Position numbers and translations under genes: made by a program | Part shown: positions 31,386 to 40,613 of the stretch, one piece after another | Layout: each line of letters begins with the position of its first letter | How positions within the stretch are numbered: the first letter of the stretch is position 1 | The notes under the pieces: model-generated | What the model was told of the DNA's origin: nothing | Databases searched by the model: none | The model's input: the letters and a program-made list of their open reading frames with translations, nothing else | From: an uncultured Candidatus Entotheonella sp. | GTDB taxonomy: Bacteria; Tectomicrobia; Entotheonellia; Entotheonellales; Entotheonellaceae | Length of the DNA stretch: 64,000 bases | NCBI GenBank assembly: GCA_965215335.1 | Contig: CBDCDA010000002.1 | Span: forward strand, 96,001-160,000 | Reading direction: 5' to 3'

Positions 31386-33255
31386 TCTGGATGATCCTGC
31401 CCTCCCGCACGCTCAACACGTAGAGTACTTTTTCCGCATCCCCATCGGCGTCCATTGTCGTGACGCCGGAGACGCCGGGGAAGTCGCGTATCTGCGTCAG
31501 GCCGTCGCGCAGTTCGGGTCGCGTTTGCACCCCGGTTCGCAGCACCTGGGCGCACATCATCAGGGTGTCGTAGGCCTGCGCCGCCAGCAGATCGGGAACG
31601 GCGCCGTAGCGGTCGCGAAAACCGCTTGCGAACACCGCCACGTGCGGCACCGGCGAATCTGCGTAGAAGCCGTCCATGAACACCGCCCCATCCACCACCC
31701 GCGCCGGGATGGTGGTGATCTGTGGGTGGTTCCAGCCATCGGCTCCCAGCAACTGGACCCCGGCCTCGGCATCATAGGCCAACTCCTGGGCGAGGCGAGC
31801 GATGTTGTCGGCGTAGTCCGGCACGAGCAAGGCGTCATACGTCTCGGTGCGGATGCGCTGCACGGCACGGAGGACGTCTCGCGCGTCCGGCGGGTAGGCG
31901 GCTCTCACGACCACCTGGCCGTTGTGGTCGGCGAGGGCGGCGCTGAAATGGTCGGTGAGAGCGGCGCCGTAGGCATCGTCCGGGTAAAGGATCGCGAAGC
32001 GCCTGCGGGCCAGTTGCTGGGTGGCGTACGAGGCCAGCAGGCGGCCCTGCATGGCGTCTGTCAAGCTGTTGCGGAAGGCGTAGGGGCTGAGTTGCGGAAA
32101 TTGGCTGTCGCGTGCGAATGGCGAGATGATCGGCACGCCCAGCTTGTCGGCGAGGGGCGCCAGTTCCTCGGCGGTTTGGCTGAGCAGTGGGCCAATGACG
32201 CCAATGACGTGGGCTTCTTCGGCCAAGGCCCGCAGCGCGCTGCGGGCCGTCTCGGTGGTGGCGCCGGTGTCGCGAATGACCAGTGACAGGTCGAGATCGG
32301 CATGGCGTTGTTGCATCATGTCGAGGGCAAGTTGCACGCCCTGCAAGGCCGCCCTGCCGATCTGGCCGGTGGGGCCGGACAGCGGCAGCAAAACGCCGAG
32401 CTTGGTGGGGTCGGTGTCAAGTGCGGCTCCGAGCGTTTGCAAGCGTTCCAGTGTTGCGTCGGTGTCAGGATGATCCGGGAAGGCGTCGGCCAGGCCGCGC
32501 AGGGCGTCGTTTTCGGCTTGCACGTTGCCGGCGGCGCGGTGCCTCTGCGCCAGTTCGGCCATAAGCAGGTCGCCGGGATAGGCGATGGAAAAGCGATTCG
32601 CCAAGAGCTCGATCTGCAGATTGTTAAGGTGGTCATGGACAATCTCGCCAAGCAGGTTGTGGGCTTTGTCGGCCAGCTCGGGGTCGTCGGCAGCCGCGGC
32701 CATGGCCAGCTCGACGACGGCTTCCCTTGGCGTCCCCAGGGCAAGCGACGCGGCGCCGAGGTGGTAGTGGGCGCGCGCCTGCTGCTCCAGGGTAGGCGAG
32801 GCGTCGAGGGCGCCCTGCAGGGCCACCCAACTGCCGGTGTGGTCGTGCTGATCGTATCGCAACTGGCCCAGGCTCAGATACGCCTCTGCCCGCAGCTCGG
32901 AGTCCGGGAAGTTGCGAACCAGGTCCGTGTAGGCCGCGACCGCGTCATCCGGACGGCCCAATTCGGCGGCCAATTGCCCGACGGCCAACCGCGCGTCGTC
33001 GCCGAGTGGGCTGGCGGGGAACCGCTCAATGAAGTCGGCGAACGCCTGCAACGCTTCGTCGTTGCGCGCGTTCCGGCGCAAAACCTCGGCGGTTCCGAAT
33101 ACCTCTTCAGCGCCGGGCTCGATGCCGGCCTGCGGCAACTCGAGTTCGGGTGTTGGCGATGGCGGCGTTGAACACCCGACGAGGAACAGCAGCGTCAGCA
33201 CCAAGCAGACGACGCCCCTCGCTAGCGTGAACCGGGTGGAATGGGGGGCTTTCAT
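31336..33255 (-). CDS. Lipoprotein with TPR repeats and periplasmic binding-protein domain (LpoA/LppC-like)
   Basis: Lipobox LVGC; BamD/TPR-like repeats (FPASPLGDDARL, FPDSELRAEAY); KLGVLLPLSG, VIGPL, AAQAYD, FPGVSG. Confidence 0.75.
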   Translation of the reverse strand: MKAPHSTRFTLARGVVCLVLTLLFLVGCSTPPSPTPELELPQAGIEPGAEEVFGTAEVLRRNARNDEALQAFADFIERFPASPLGDDARLAVGQLAAELGRPDDAVAAYTDLVRNFPDSELRAEAYLSLGQLRYDQHDHTGSWVALQGALDASPTLEQQARAHYHLGAASLALGTPREAVVELAMAAAADDPELADKAHNLLGEIVHDHLNNLQIELLANRFSIAYPGDLLMAELAQRHRAAGNVQAENDALRGLADAFPDHPDTDATLERLQTLGAALDTDPTKLGVLLPLSGPTGQIGRAALQGVQLALDMMQQRHADLDLSLVIRDTGATTETARSALRALAEEAHVIGVIGPLLSQTAEELAPLADKLGVPIISPFARDSQFPQLSPYAFRNSLTDAMQGRLLASYATQQLARRRFAILYPDDAYGAALTDHFSAALADHNGQVVVRAAYPPDARDVLRAVQRIRTETYDALLVPDYADNIARLAQELAYDAEAGVQLLGADGWNHPQITTIPARVVDGAVFMDGFYADSPVPHVAVFASGFRDRYGAVPDLLAAQAYDTLMMCAQVLRTGVQTRPELRDGLTQIRDFPGVSGVTTMDADGDAEKVLYVLSVREGRIIQINAPAFRYPDAGDPVD

Positions 33256-33325
33256 TGCACGACTCCGGGGATAGGGAAGGCCGGAAGGCGGCGATGGTGT
33301 GCCGGGCGGGCGAACCCGCGGGAGC

Positions 33326-33556
33326 CTACTCGATCACTTCGAGGATCTGGCGTTTTTCTTTCTGGGCTCTGGTGGCATTCAGGATGGTTCGCATGGCGGT
33401 GATGGTGCGGCCTTGCTTGCCGATGACTTTGCCAATGTCGTCGCGGGCGACACGCAGTTCAAGGACCACCGCGTACTCGCCCTCGATGGCTCTGACCTGG
33501 ACTTCTTCGGGTTTCTCAACAATGGTCTTGGCGATCTGTTCGATAAGCTCCTTCAT
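33326..33556 (-). CDS. khpA: KH-domain RNA-binding protein
   Basis: MKELIEQIAKTIVEKPEEV..DIGKVIGKQGRTITAMRTIL; GAGGGG RBS. Confidence 0.9.
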   Translation of the reverse strand: MKELIEQIAKTIVEKPEEVQVRAIEGEYAVVLELRVARDDIGKVIGKQGRTITAMRTILNATRAQKEKRQILEVIE

Positions 33557-33748
33557 CGGTTTCCCCTCAACGAAGGTTCCACTGCCGGGCATCTGACGGA
33601 GGGCGCCGGCGGGGTGACCTGGCCGGGTCATTGCGCGGCGCTTGCCGAAAGCGAGGAAGTGCTGGGCCGGTCCGGCACGCCAAAAAGTGCGTCATGGTAG
33701 TGTCAAACGCTACGTTGCGCAAGGACAGGCGGGCCTACAAAGGCAGTG

Positions 33749-35167
33749 TCAGGGGTGCTCTGCGTCGGCTGCGGGCGGCTCTGCGAGCCTCTTGTAATCG
33801 TCTTGGTAGCGGGTGATGTCGTCCTCGCCGAAATAGCTGCCGAGCTGGACTTCGACGAACTGCAGGTCGCTGTCGTGGGGGTTGATCACGCGGTGTCTGC
33901 AACCTTTGGCGATGAAGATATGGTCGCCGGTATTGACGTCGCGGGTGACGCCGTCGAGGACGACCTGCCCGGCGCCGTGCACGACGATCCAGTGCTCCTC
34001 GCGGTGCTCGTGCGATTGGTAGGACAGGCGAGCATGCGGCTGCACAGTGATGACCTTGGCCTTGAAGTGATCCGGCGCTGCCAGCACCTCATAGCGGCCC
34101 CACGGGCGCACGTCGAAGAGGTGTTCGTGCTGCGTGGCGGCGGGCAGGCCCTGCTGCCTGACGGCCTCCACGATCTCCCGCACCCGGTGGCTCTGGCCCT
34201 TGCGGGTCACCAACAGGGCGTCACCGGTATCGATGATGATGAGGTCGTCCACACCCGCCAAGCCGTATACCTTCCCACCTTGCGGATACACGTAGTTGTT
34301 ATCGGCGGCAGCCGTGAACACATGCACGCCGGGGTCGCCGCCGTCCGACAGGGCGTTCACCTCTTCCCAGGAGCCTACGTCGCTCCAGCCGACGGCACAG
34401 GGAATGCACAGCAGGGAGTTCAGGCGCTCCAGGATGCCGCGGTCGAAGCTGAGTGGTTCGATCTGCTCGTAAATGGCCGCGAGGTTCGAGCAGGCGGCGT
34501 CGATGGTTCCGATGTGCCGCCACAGGTCGGGCAGAAACGATTGGAAGTGTCCGACCATCGTGTCGACGCGGAACACGAAAATACCGGCGTTCCACAGACA
34601 GTTGCCGGCAGCGAGCAAGCGGCGCGCCGTGGCCTCGTCCGGCTTTTCGACAAACCGTCTGGCGGTCAGTGCACGAGGCACTTCCTGGACCGGCGCACTG
34701 CCTGCCGCCTCGATGTACCCATACGCGACAGCCGGGCGCGTTGGGGTCATGCCGAGGGTGACCACCCCGCCCTTGGCGGCGTGCTCAGCGCCCAGTTCGA
34801 CCGCCTGACGCAGACCCTCGCCGTCCTGAACCAGATGGTCCGCCGGAAAGATGCCCACCACCTCGCCGCCCTTGCCTGACAGGGTGAACAGGCGGCACAG
34901 CAGCGCGATAGCCGGCGCCGTGTTGCGGCCGAACGGCTCGTAGATCACCTGTGCGTCCGGCAGGCCAATTTGCCTGCACACCTCGTGCGTGCGCGCCTGC
35001 AGCGCCTGCACGGTCACCGTCCACGGGCTGCCTAGGGGCAGCAGCCGTTTCAGCGTTTTCAGGTACAGGGACTCAGCGAACAGGTCACAGAACGGCTTCG
35101 GCCACGACGCCCGCGATAGCGGCCACAATCGCGTCCCGCTTCCCCCCGCCAGCACAACAGGTATCAT
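33749..35167 (-). CDS. manC: Mannose-1-phosphate guanylyltransferase / mannose-6-phosphate isomerase
   Basis: LAGGSGTRLWPLSR, EPFGRNTAPA, FVEKP, WSDVGSW, cupin RPWG..GEDDITR. Confidence 0.92.
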   Translation of the reverse strand: MIPVVLAGGSGTRLWPLSRASWPKPFCDLFAESLYLKTLKRLLPLGSPWTVTVQALQARTHEVCRQIGLPDAQVIYEPFGRNTAPAIALLCRLFTLSGKGGEVVGIFPADHLVQDGEGLRQAVELGAEHAAKGGVVTLGMTPTRPAVAYGYIEAAGSAPVQEVPRALTARRFVEKPDEATARRLLAAGNCLWNAGIFVFRVDTMVGHFQSFLPDLWRHIGTIDAACSNLAAIYEQIEPLSFDRGILERLNSLLCIPCAVGWSDVGSWEEVNALSDGGDPGVHVFTAAADNNYVYPQGGKVYGLAGVDDLIIIDTGDALLVTRKGQSHRVREIVEAVRQQGLPAATQHEHLFDVRPWGRYEVLAAPDHFKAKVITVQPHARLSYQSHEHREEHWIVVHGAGQVVLDGVTRDVNTGDHIFIAKGCRHRVINPHDSDLQFVEVQLGSYFGEDDITRYQDDYKRLAEPPAADAEHP

Positions 35168-35197
35168 CTCTCGTCTCCCTTGCCAATTCCCCGCAGG

Positions 35198-35277
35198 CTA
35201 GGCTCAGGACCTATAAAAGGGTATCATTATCTGCCTTGCTGTCACGGTCATCCTCTGATTATGAGTCCTGAGATTAG
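35198..35277. mobile_element. 80-bp MITE-like, internally deleted IS5-family derivative
   Basis: Ends CTAGGCTCAGGACCTATAA / TTATGAGTCCTGAGATTAG (15/19 inverted match); interior reads ICLAVTVIL*, resembling an IS5 transposase C-terminus. Confidence 0.5.
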
Positions 35278-35325
35278 GAGGCACCCATTACGGGAACTTC
35301 CGCCGTCAGCCACCACGCCTTGAGC

Positions 35326-35361
35326 TATAGGTCGGATTAGCGGAGCGTAATCCGACGTTCC
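35326..35361 (+). repeat. REP-like palindromic repeat, copy 2
   Basis: ATAG-GTCGGATTA-GCGGAGCG-TAATCCGAC-GTTCC with a perfect 9-bp stem; related to 8625-8660. Confidence 0.65.
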
Positions 35362-35456
35362 ACGTGGGAAGCGCCGCGGTGCCCGGATACGTGGTTCATC
35401 TCGGCGATATGCGGTTGCCCTTGGGCCCCGGCGTCACCGCGCTGCCTCTCTCCGGG

Positions 35457-35852
35457 CTATAGGCTCAGTCCGTCGAGCAGCCATTGCGGGAACCGCACCG
35501 GCCGTTGCCGGTCGTTTACACACAGGTGGGTGGTGGTGCCGGCGGCCAGGCGTTGCTCCTGACGGGTGACGTCGTAGGCATAGCACAGTTGGCGGGATTT
35601 CAGTTCCTGTACGCGGGTATGAACGACGATCTCCTCATCGTAATGCGCGGAAGCCGTCAGGCGGCACTGGAATTCCGTGACCGGGAAGTAGTAACCGCGG
35701 CTTTCCATCTCGGTGTACGGCAGGCCGACCGCCCGCATGTATTCCGAGCGGCCGCATTCAAACCACACCAGGTAATTGGCGTAATAGACGATGCCCATCT
35801 GATCGGTCTCGGCATACCGGGGGCGCAGCTGCAGGCTGACGATTCGCGACAT
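35457..35852 (-). CDS. Acyl-CoA thioesterase (YbgC/4HBT family)
   Basis: RYAETDQMGIVYYANYLVWFECGR motif. Confidence 0.9.
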   Translation of the reverse strand: MSRIVSLQLRPRYAETDQMGIVYYANYLVWFECGRSEYMRAVGLPYTEMESRGYYFPVTEFQCRLTASAHYDEEIVVHTRVQELKSRQLCYAYDVTRQEQRLAAGTTTHLCVNDRQRPVRFPQWLLDGLSL

Positions 35853-35888
35853 GGGTTCGCTTTCCGCATCGCAGGTAACAGGGGTGCG

Positions 35889-37031
35889 TTATGGGTCGTA
35901 GGCGATGCGGTAGATGACGCCGGCACGGTCGTCCGACACCAGTAGGGCGCCGTCGGGCATGACCAGGACGTCCACGGGCCGCCCCCACGCCTGCTCGCCG
36001 CGCAGCCAGCCGTCCACGAACACCTCGTACGCCTCAGCCTGGTCGCCCGCCAGCTTTACCCGCATGACCCGGTAGCCGATCGGCGTGCTGCGGTTCCAGG
36101 AACCGTGCTGCGCCACGAAAATCTGGTGCCGGTACGCCTCGGGAAACATGCTGCCCGTGTAGAACCGCATCCCCAGCCCGGCAACGTGCGGGCCGAGCTT
36201 GACCACCGGCGGTTCGAAATCCGAGCACGGCCGCACGCTGCCGTATCTCGGGTCGGGAATTGTGCCCTCGTGGCAGTATGGAAAGCCGAAGTGCAGCCCG
36301 GCGCGCGGGGCGTGATTGAGCTCGTCCGAGGGGCGATCATCGCCCAGCATGTCGCGGCCGTTGTCGGTGAACCAGAGCTCGTGGGTCTCCGGGTGCCAGT
36401 CGAACCCCACCGAGTTGCGCACCCCATAGGCAAACGGCTCCAGCCGGGTTCCGTCTAGTCGCATGCGGAGGATGGCGGCGTAGCGCGGGTCGTCGCTGCG
36501 CTCGCATACGTTGCAGGGCGCGCCGACCGGTACGTACAGCAGGCCATCGGGGCCGAAGGCGATGAACTTCCAGCCGTGATGGCGGTCGTTGGGCAGGGTG
36601 TCGATGACCACCGAGGGCAGCGGCGGGCGGTCCAGTCTGGCCTCGATGTCGTCGTAGCGGAGGATGCGGCTCACTTCGGCCACGTACAGCGAGCCGTCGC
36701 GGAAGGCAACGCCGGCGGGCAGGTTCAAGCCGCGGGCAATGGGGATGACGGTCTCCGCCTTGTGGTCGCCGTCGCGGTCCGCGACGGCGTAGACCCGGCC
36801 CGCGAGGCGGCTGCCGACGAACACGACGCCGCTGGGGCTCAGGGCCATGGCGCGGGCGTTCGGGACGTCGGCGGCGTAGAGGCTGATGGAAAATCCGGGC
36901 GGCAGGTTGAGGGTATGCAGAGGCAGTTGCCTGGCCTCGACCGCCGCCGCGCTTACGGCCACGCAGAGAGCGACAAGCACGCCGAAGTGGACGCCAAGGC
37001 CGGGATGTGTTTTCCGTTGCAAGGCTGGCAT
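35889..37031 (-). CDS. Glucose/sorbosone dehydrogenase-family beta-propeller protein
   Basis: Signal peptide; HHGWKFIAFGPDG, GVRNSVGFDW, HVAGLG, HGSWNR, GRPVDV, VSDD. Confidence 0.88.
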   Translation of the reverse strand: MPALQRKTHPGLGVHFGVLVALCVAVSAAAVEARQLPLHTLNLPPGFSISLYAADVPNARAMALSPSGVVFVGSRLAGRVYAVADRDGDHKAETVIPIARGLNLPAGVAFRDGSLYVAEVSRILRYDDIEARLDRPPLPSVVIDTLPNDRHHGWKFIAFGPDGLLYVPVGAPCNVCERSDDPRYAAILRMRLDGTRLEPFAYGVRNSVGFDWHPETHELWFTDNGRDMLGDDRPSDELNHAPRAGLHFGFPYCHEGTIPDPRYGSVRPCSDFEPPVVKLGPHVAGLGMRFYTGSMFPEAYRHQIFVAQHGSWNRSTPIGYRVMRVKLAGDQAEAYEVFVDGWLRGEQAWGRPVDVLVMPDGALLVSDDRAGVIYRIAYDP

Positions 37032-37133
37032 GGAACCTCCACAGCGCCGCGGCGCCGATCGTCAGGGTTGCGTCGTCAAGGGCTGTAGTCTGTTGCAGCC
37101 CATGTTAGCGCATTCGGTCCACCGCCCGCAAAC

Positions 37134-38729
37134 TCACGCCGCGCCTGCCTGGCTCCGGGGTCGGCTGGCCAGCCGCCGCATGGCGATCCACGCCATGGGC
37201 AGGCAGGCCACGAGGAACGCCACGCCGATCATCAGAAAGCTGTCGCGGAAGCCGGCGGCAACGGCCTCCAGATCCATCTGCTGCTTGATCGTCTTCAAGG
37301 CCCCCCAGTCCGCGCTGCCGTCCATGATGCCGGCTTGATTCAGGTAGCGCTTCACATCGTCCAGGGCCGTCGCATGGGCAGGCGCCATGGCGTCGTATTC
37401 GTGGTAGCGCACCAATTGGTGCGCGTCGCGGCGGCGCTCGAAGAACACGCTGGTCACAGTGACGCCGAGGCTGGCGCCGACGTTGCGCATGACGCCCATC
37501 AGGCCTTGGCCCATGCGCACGTCCTCGGGCGGCAGCATCTGAACGTTGAGCGCCGTCAGCGAGGTGATGGTGGAAAACATGCAGGTGCGATACAGAATGA
37601 TGTAGCCGACCAGCACCCCGGCGGTCGTCAGGGTGGTGACCGTGGTGAAGCTCATGAACACGCCGGTGAGCACGATGAAGCCGATCAGGGCCATGAGGGC
37701 CGGCGACATCAGGTCGTTGAGGCGACCGCTGACCACGCCACTCAGCCCCGACACGATCAGGGCCGGCATGATGATCAGGCCGGCCTGCAAGGGCGTGAAA
37801 CCCATCACCTGCTGCAGAAAGATCGGCACCATGAACTGGGCGCCGAACAGGCCGATCATGTTGAAGAACGCGGCGATGCAGACGTTGCGAAGCCCTGATC
37901 GGCGAAACAGCCGCAGGTTCACGGCGGGGAAGCGGGCCAACAGTTCCCAGAGGATGAACAGGCCGCCGCCGGAGGCGGCGCCGATGCCCAGGAACACGAT
38001 GGTTGACACGGCGGTGTTGCGGTCCCGTGCCAGGCTGATCGCCAACAGCAACGGCACCAGAAAGCCGCCCAGGAAGATGAGGCCCGGGTAGTCGACCGGC
38101 TCGCGGCGCGCATCGCGTTGTTGCGGCAGCATCAGCCACCCCAGCAGCACCGACAGGACGCCGGTGGGCAGGCCCATGAAGAAGATCAGGCGCCACGAGA
38201 CGTGCTCCAGGAAGTAGCCGCCCAGGGTGAACGAAATGATGTGTCCGGCCGACCAGCCGACGGTGCGCAGCCCCAGCGCCAACCCCCGCTGCCGGGGCGG
38301 AAAGGCCTGCACCAGGATGACCGCCGTCAAGCCCTCCATCGGCCCCAGCGCGATGCCCTGCAGCAACCGGAAGAACACTAGCATGGACAGGTTGGTGGCC
38401 ACGCCGCAGCCGATCGACGAAACGACGAAGCCCGCCATGATGGCCACGAACAGGTTGCGGTTCCCCATGACCGCGCCGAGCCAGCCCAGAATCGGGATCA
38501 TCAGCGTGCGGGTGATGAGAAAGCCGGTGGTGACCCATTGCGTGGTCGCCAGGTCCGTGCCGAACGCCGCCATCAACCTGGGAATGGCCAGGTTCACGCT
38601 GTTGCCGGCGAACGTCTGGGTTCCCCCCGCCACCAGGACGATGGCGGCCACCAGCCACTTGTAGCCCGGCGACTCGATATCCAGCGCCAATACGGTGGAG
38701 GGACGCGCCCCTTCTGCGGCTCCTGCCAT
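37134..38729 (-). CDS. DHA2-family (EmrB/QacA) MFS transporter
   Basis: About 14 hydrophobic segments; QWVTTGF, RLLQG, SWRLIF, DYPG, PIFLQQVMGFTPLQAG. Confidence 0.88.
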   Translation of the reverse strand: MAGAAEGARPSTVLALDIESPGYKWLVAAIVLVAGGTQTFAGNSVNLAIPRLMAAFGTDLATTQWVTTGFLITRTLMIPILGWLGAVMGNRNLFVAIMAGFVVSSIGCGVATNLSMLVFFRLLQGIALGPMEGLTAVILVQAFPPRQRGLALGLRTVGWSAGHIISFTLGGYFLEHVSWRLIFFMGLPTGVLSVLLGWLMLPQQRDARREPVDYPGLIFLGGFLVPLLLAISLARDRNTAVSTIVFLGIGAASGGGLFILWELLARFPAVNLRLFRRSGLRNVCIAAFFNMIGLFGAQFMVPIFLQQVMGFTPLQAGLIIMPALIVSGLSGVVSGRLNDLMSPALMALIGFIVLTGVFMSFTTVTTLTTAGVLVGYIILYRTCMFSTITSLTALNVQMLPPEDVRMGQGLMGVMRNVGASLGVTVTSVFFERRRDAHQLVRYHEYDAMAPAHATALDDVKRYLNQAGIMDGSADWGALKTIKQQMDLEAVAAGFRDSFLMIGVAFLVACLPMAWIAMRRLASRPRSQAGAA

Positions 38730-38923
38730 GTTCGTTTCTCTTTCCGGCCCGCTTCTGACGTCAGGACACGACGCAGTGTAACCGAATCAGCGAGCCGAGT
38801 GCCGGCCTCTGGCCCCCGGTTTATGCTATGGTAGTTCTATTGGCGTTGAGGATATTGACGAGTTGAAACCAGTCATGCAGGACGATGACGCCATCATATA
38901 CGGCCTACTGGGGAGAGCAAAGA

Positions 38924-40129
38924 ATGGCCACGACAAACCTCGATTATGCCGGTCTGTTCGCCAAAAACGCACCCGAAGGGACAGCGCCTTGGGGTGGATT
39001 TCCGATTTACAACTTCGTCGGCGGCCATAACAACCCCGAGACGATACCCGTTGAAGACTTCGTGGAATCCTCCGCCCGCGTATTGCGTCAGGAAGGCCGA
39101 AACCTGGCGACCTACAACATGGAAAGCGGGCCGCAAGGCTACACCGGGCTGCGCGGATTTCTCGTCGAAAAACTGGCCCACTACCGCGGCCTGCGGGCAC
39201 CCGACGAAAATATCCTGATCACCTCGGGATCCAATCAGGGCATCGAGCTCGTCAACGAGGTCCTGCTGGAACCCGGCGACACGGTCATTGCCGAGCGCTT
39301 CACGTATCAAGGCGTGGTGAGCCGGTGGCGCAAGCTGCAGGTGAACGTGGTTGGCGTTCCGTTGGACGAAGACGGCATGCGCATGGACGCCTTGGCCGCC
39401 ACGCTCGCCCATCTTCACAGCAATGGCGTCAGGCCCAAATTCATCTACACCATTCCCACCCTGCAAAACCCCACCGGCACGGTGCTCAGCCTGGAGCGAC
39501 GCCACGAGATGCTGCGCCTCAGCCGCGCATACGGGGTGCCTATCTTCGAGGACGAATGCTACGCCGACCTGATCTGGGAAGGCGAGTGGCCGCCGGCCAT
39601 CTGCGGTCTGGACGACAGCCACCACGTCCTGCACATCGGCTCCTTCTCCAAGTCCCTGTCGCCCGCCCTGCGCCTTGGCTACGTCATGGCGCCGTGGCAG
39701 GTGCTGAGCCGCATGCTGGCCTGCAAGACGGATGGCGGAACCGGCGCGCTGGGGCAGATGGTGGTGGCGGACTTCTTCCAGAACCATTACGAGGCGCACA
39801 TGGACAAGCTGCGGGCCAGCCTGAAGGTCCGCTTGCAGACGCTGACCGACGCCCTCGTCGAGCACTTCGGCACGTCCGTCGAATTCCAGGCGCCGCGCGG
39901 CGGCATGTTCTTGTGGGTCAAATTTCCGCCGCAAGTGGACACCCTGAAGCTGGCAGGTGCGGCGCTGGAGGCTGGCATTGCATACAATCCCGGACCTGAG
40001 TGGGCCGTGGATCCCGACGCGGCGCGCAACTGCCTGCGGCTGTGTTACGCGCTGCCGTCCGAGCAGCTCATCAGGGATGGGATTGCCAAGCTGGCGGAAG
40101 TCTTCCGGCGGGAGGCAGGCATCCCCTGA
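38924..40129 (+). CDS. Class I/II PLP aminotransferase (2-aminoadipate/MocR-like catalytic domain)
   Basis: ITSGSNQG, YTIPTLQNPTG, FEDECY, GSFSKSLSPALRLG. Confidence 0.88.
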   Translation: MATTNLDYAGLFAKNAPEGTAPWGGFPIYNFVGGHNNPETIPVEDFVESSARVLRQEGRNLATYNMESGPQGYTGLRGFLVEKLAHYRGLRAPDENILITSGSNQGIELVNEVLLEPGDTVIAERFTYQGVVSRWRKLQVNVVGVPLDEDGMRMDALAATLAHLHSNGVRPKFIYTIPTLQNPTGTVLSLERRHEMLRLSRAYGVPIFEDECYADLIWEGEWPPAICGLDDSHHVLHIGSFSKSLSPALRLGYVMAPWQVLSRMLACKTDGGTGALGQMVVADFFQNHYEAHMDKLRASLKVRLQTLTDALVEHFGTSVEFQAPRGGMFLWVKFPPQVDTLKLAGAALEAGIAYNPGPEWAVDPDAARNCLRLCYALPSEQLIRDGIAKLAEVFRREAGIP

Positions 40130-40163
40130 CGGCGCCGTCGGCCGGCGCCGCGGGCCGCCGAGG

Positions 40164-40571
40164 CTAGTCGTAGATCATCCATTCCAGCAGGTTGTCATCC
40201 GGGTCGCGGGCGTACAGGCTCAACGACGGCGCTTTACCGCGATCACGCCCACCCGATCGCGGCACCGGGCCTTCGATGATCGTGACGCCCGCTTCTTCCA
40301 GCAAGCGTTGGCAATCGGTCACGCTGCCTTCCCACACGAAGCAAATGTCCGTGCAGCCGGGCACCGCCGTCGGGCCGCGTAGTCCGGCCGTAAACCCTTC
40401 AGGGTGCACGTTGATTTTCGACGCTCCCACCTGGATCGAGAAAATCGGCATCGTGCCGGCCCGCCATTCCGCCTCGTTATTGATAGGAAAGCCAAGGCGC
40501 TTGTAAAACGCCAGCAGTGCCTCGGCGTTTGCCGTCGGCATGGCGATGTGATCGATTCCAACGGTTGCCAT
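40164..40571 (-). CDS. VOC / glyoxalase family protein
   Basis: GIDHIAM, PGCTDICF, EGPVPRSG, YARDPDDNLLE. Confidence 0.85.
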   Translation of the reverse strand: MATVGIDHIAMPTANAEALLAFYKRLGFPINNEAEWRAGTMPIFSIQVGASKINVHPEGFTAGLRGPTAVPGCTDICFVWEGSVTDCQRLLEEAGVTIIEGPVPRSGGRDRGKAPSLSLYARDPDDNLLEWMIYD

Positions 40572-40613
40572 TGCGTCCTCCCCTTTGCTGCATCGCCTGG
40601 CCGATTGCAGGTG

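Noticed and set aside
38820..38920. Lower-GC stretch upstream of the aminotransferase considered as a riboswitch or gene remnant (reads ..DDDAIIYGLL)
   Set aside because: No riboswitch consensus recognised and the peptide is too short to assign
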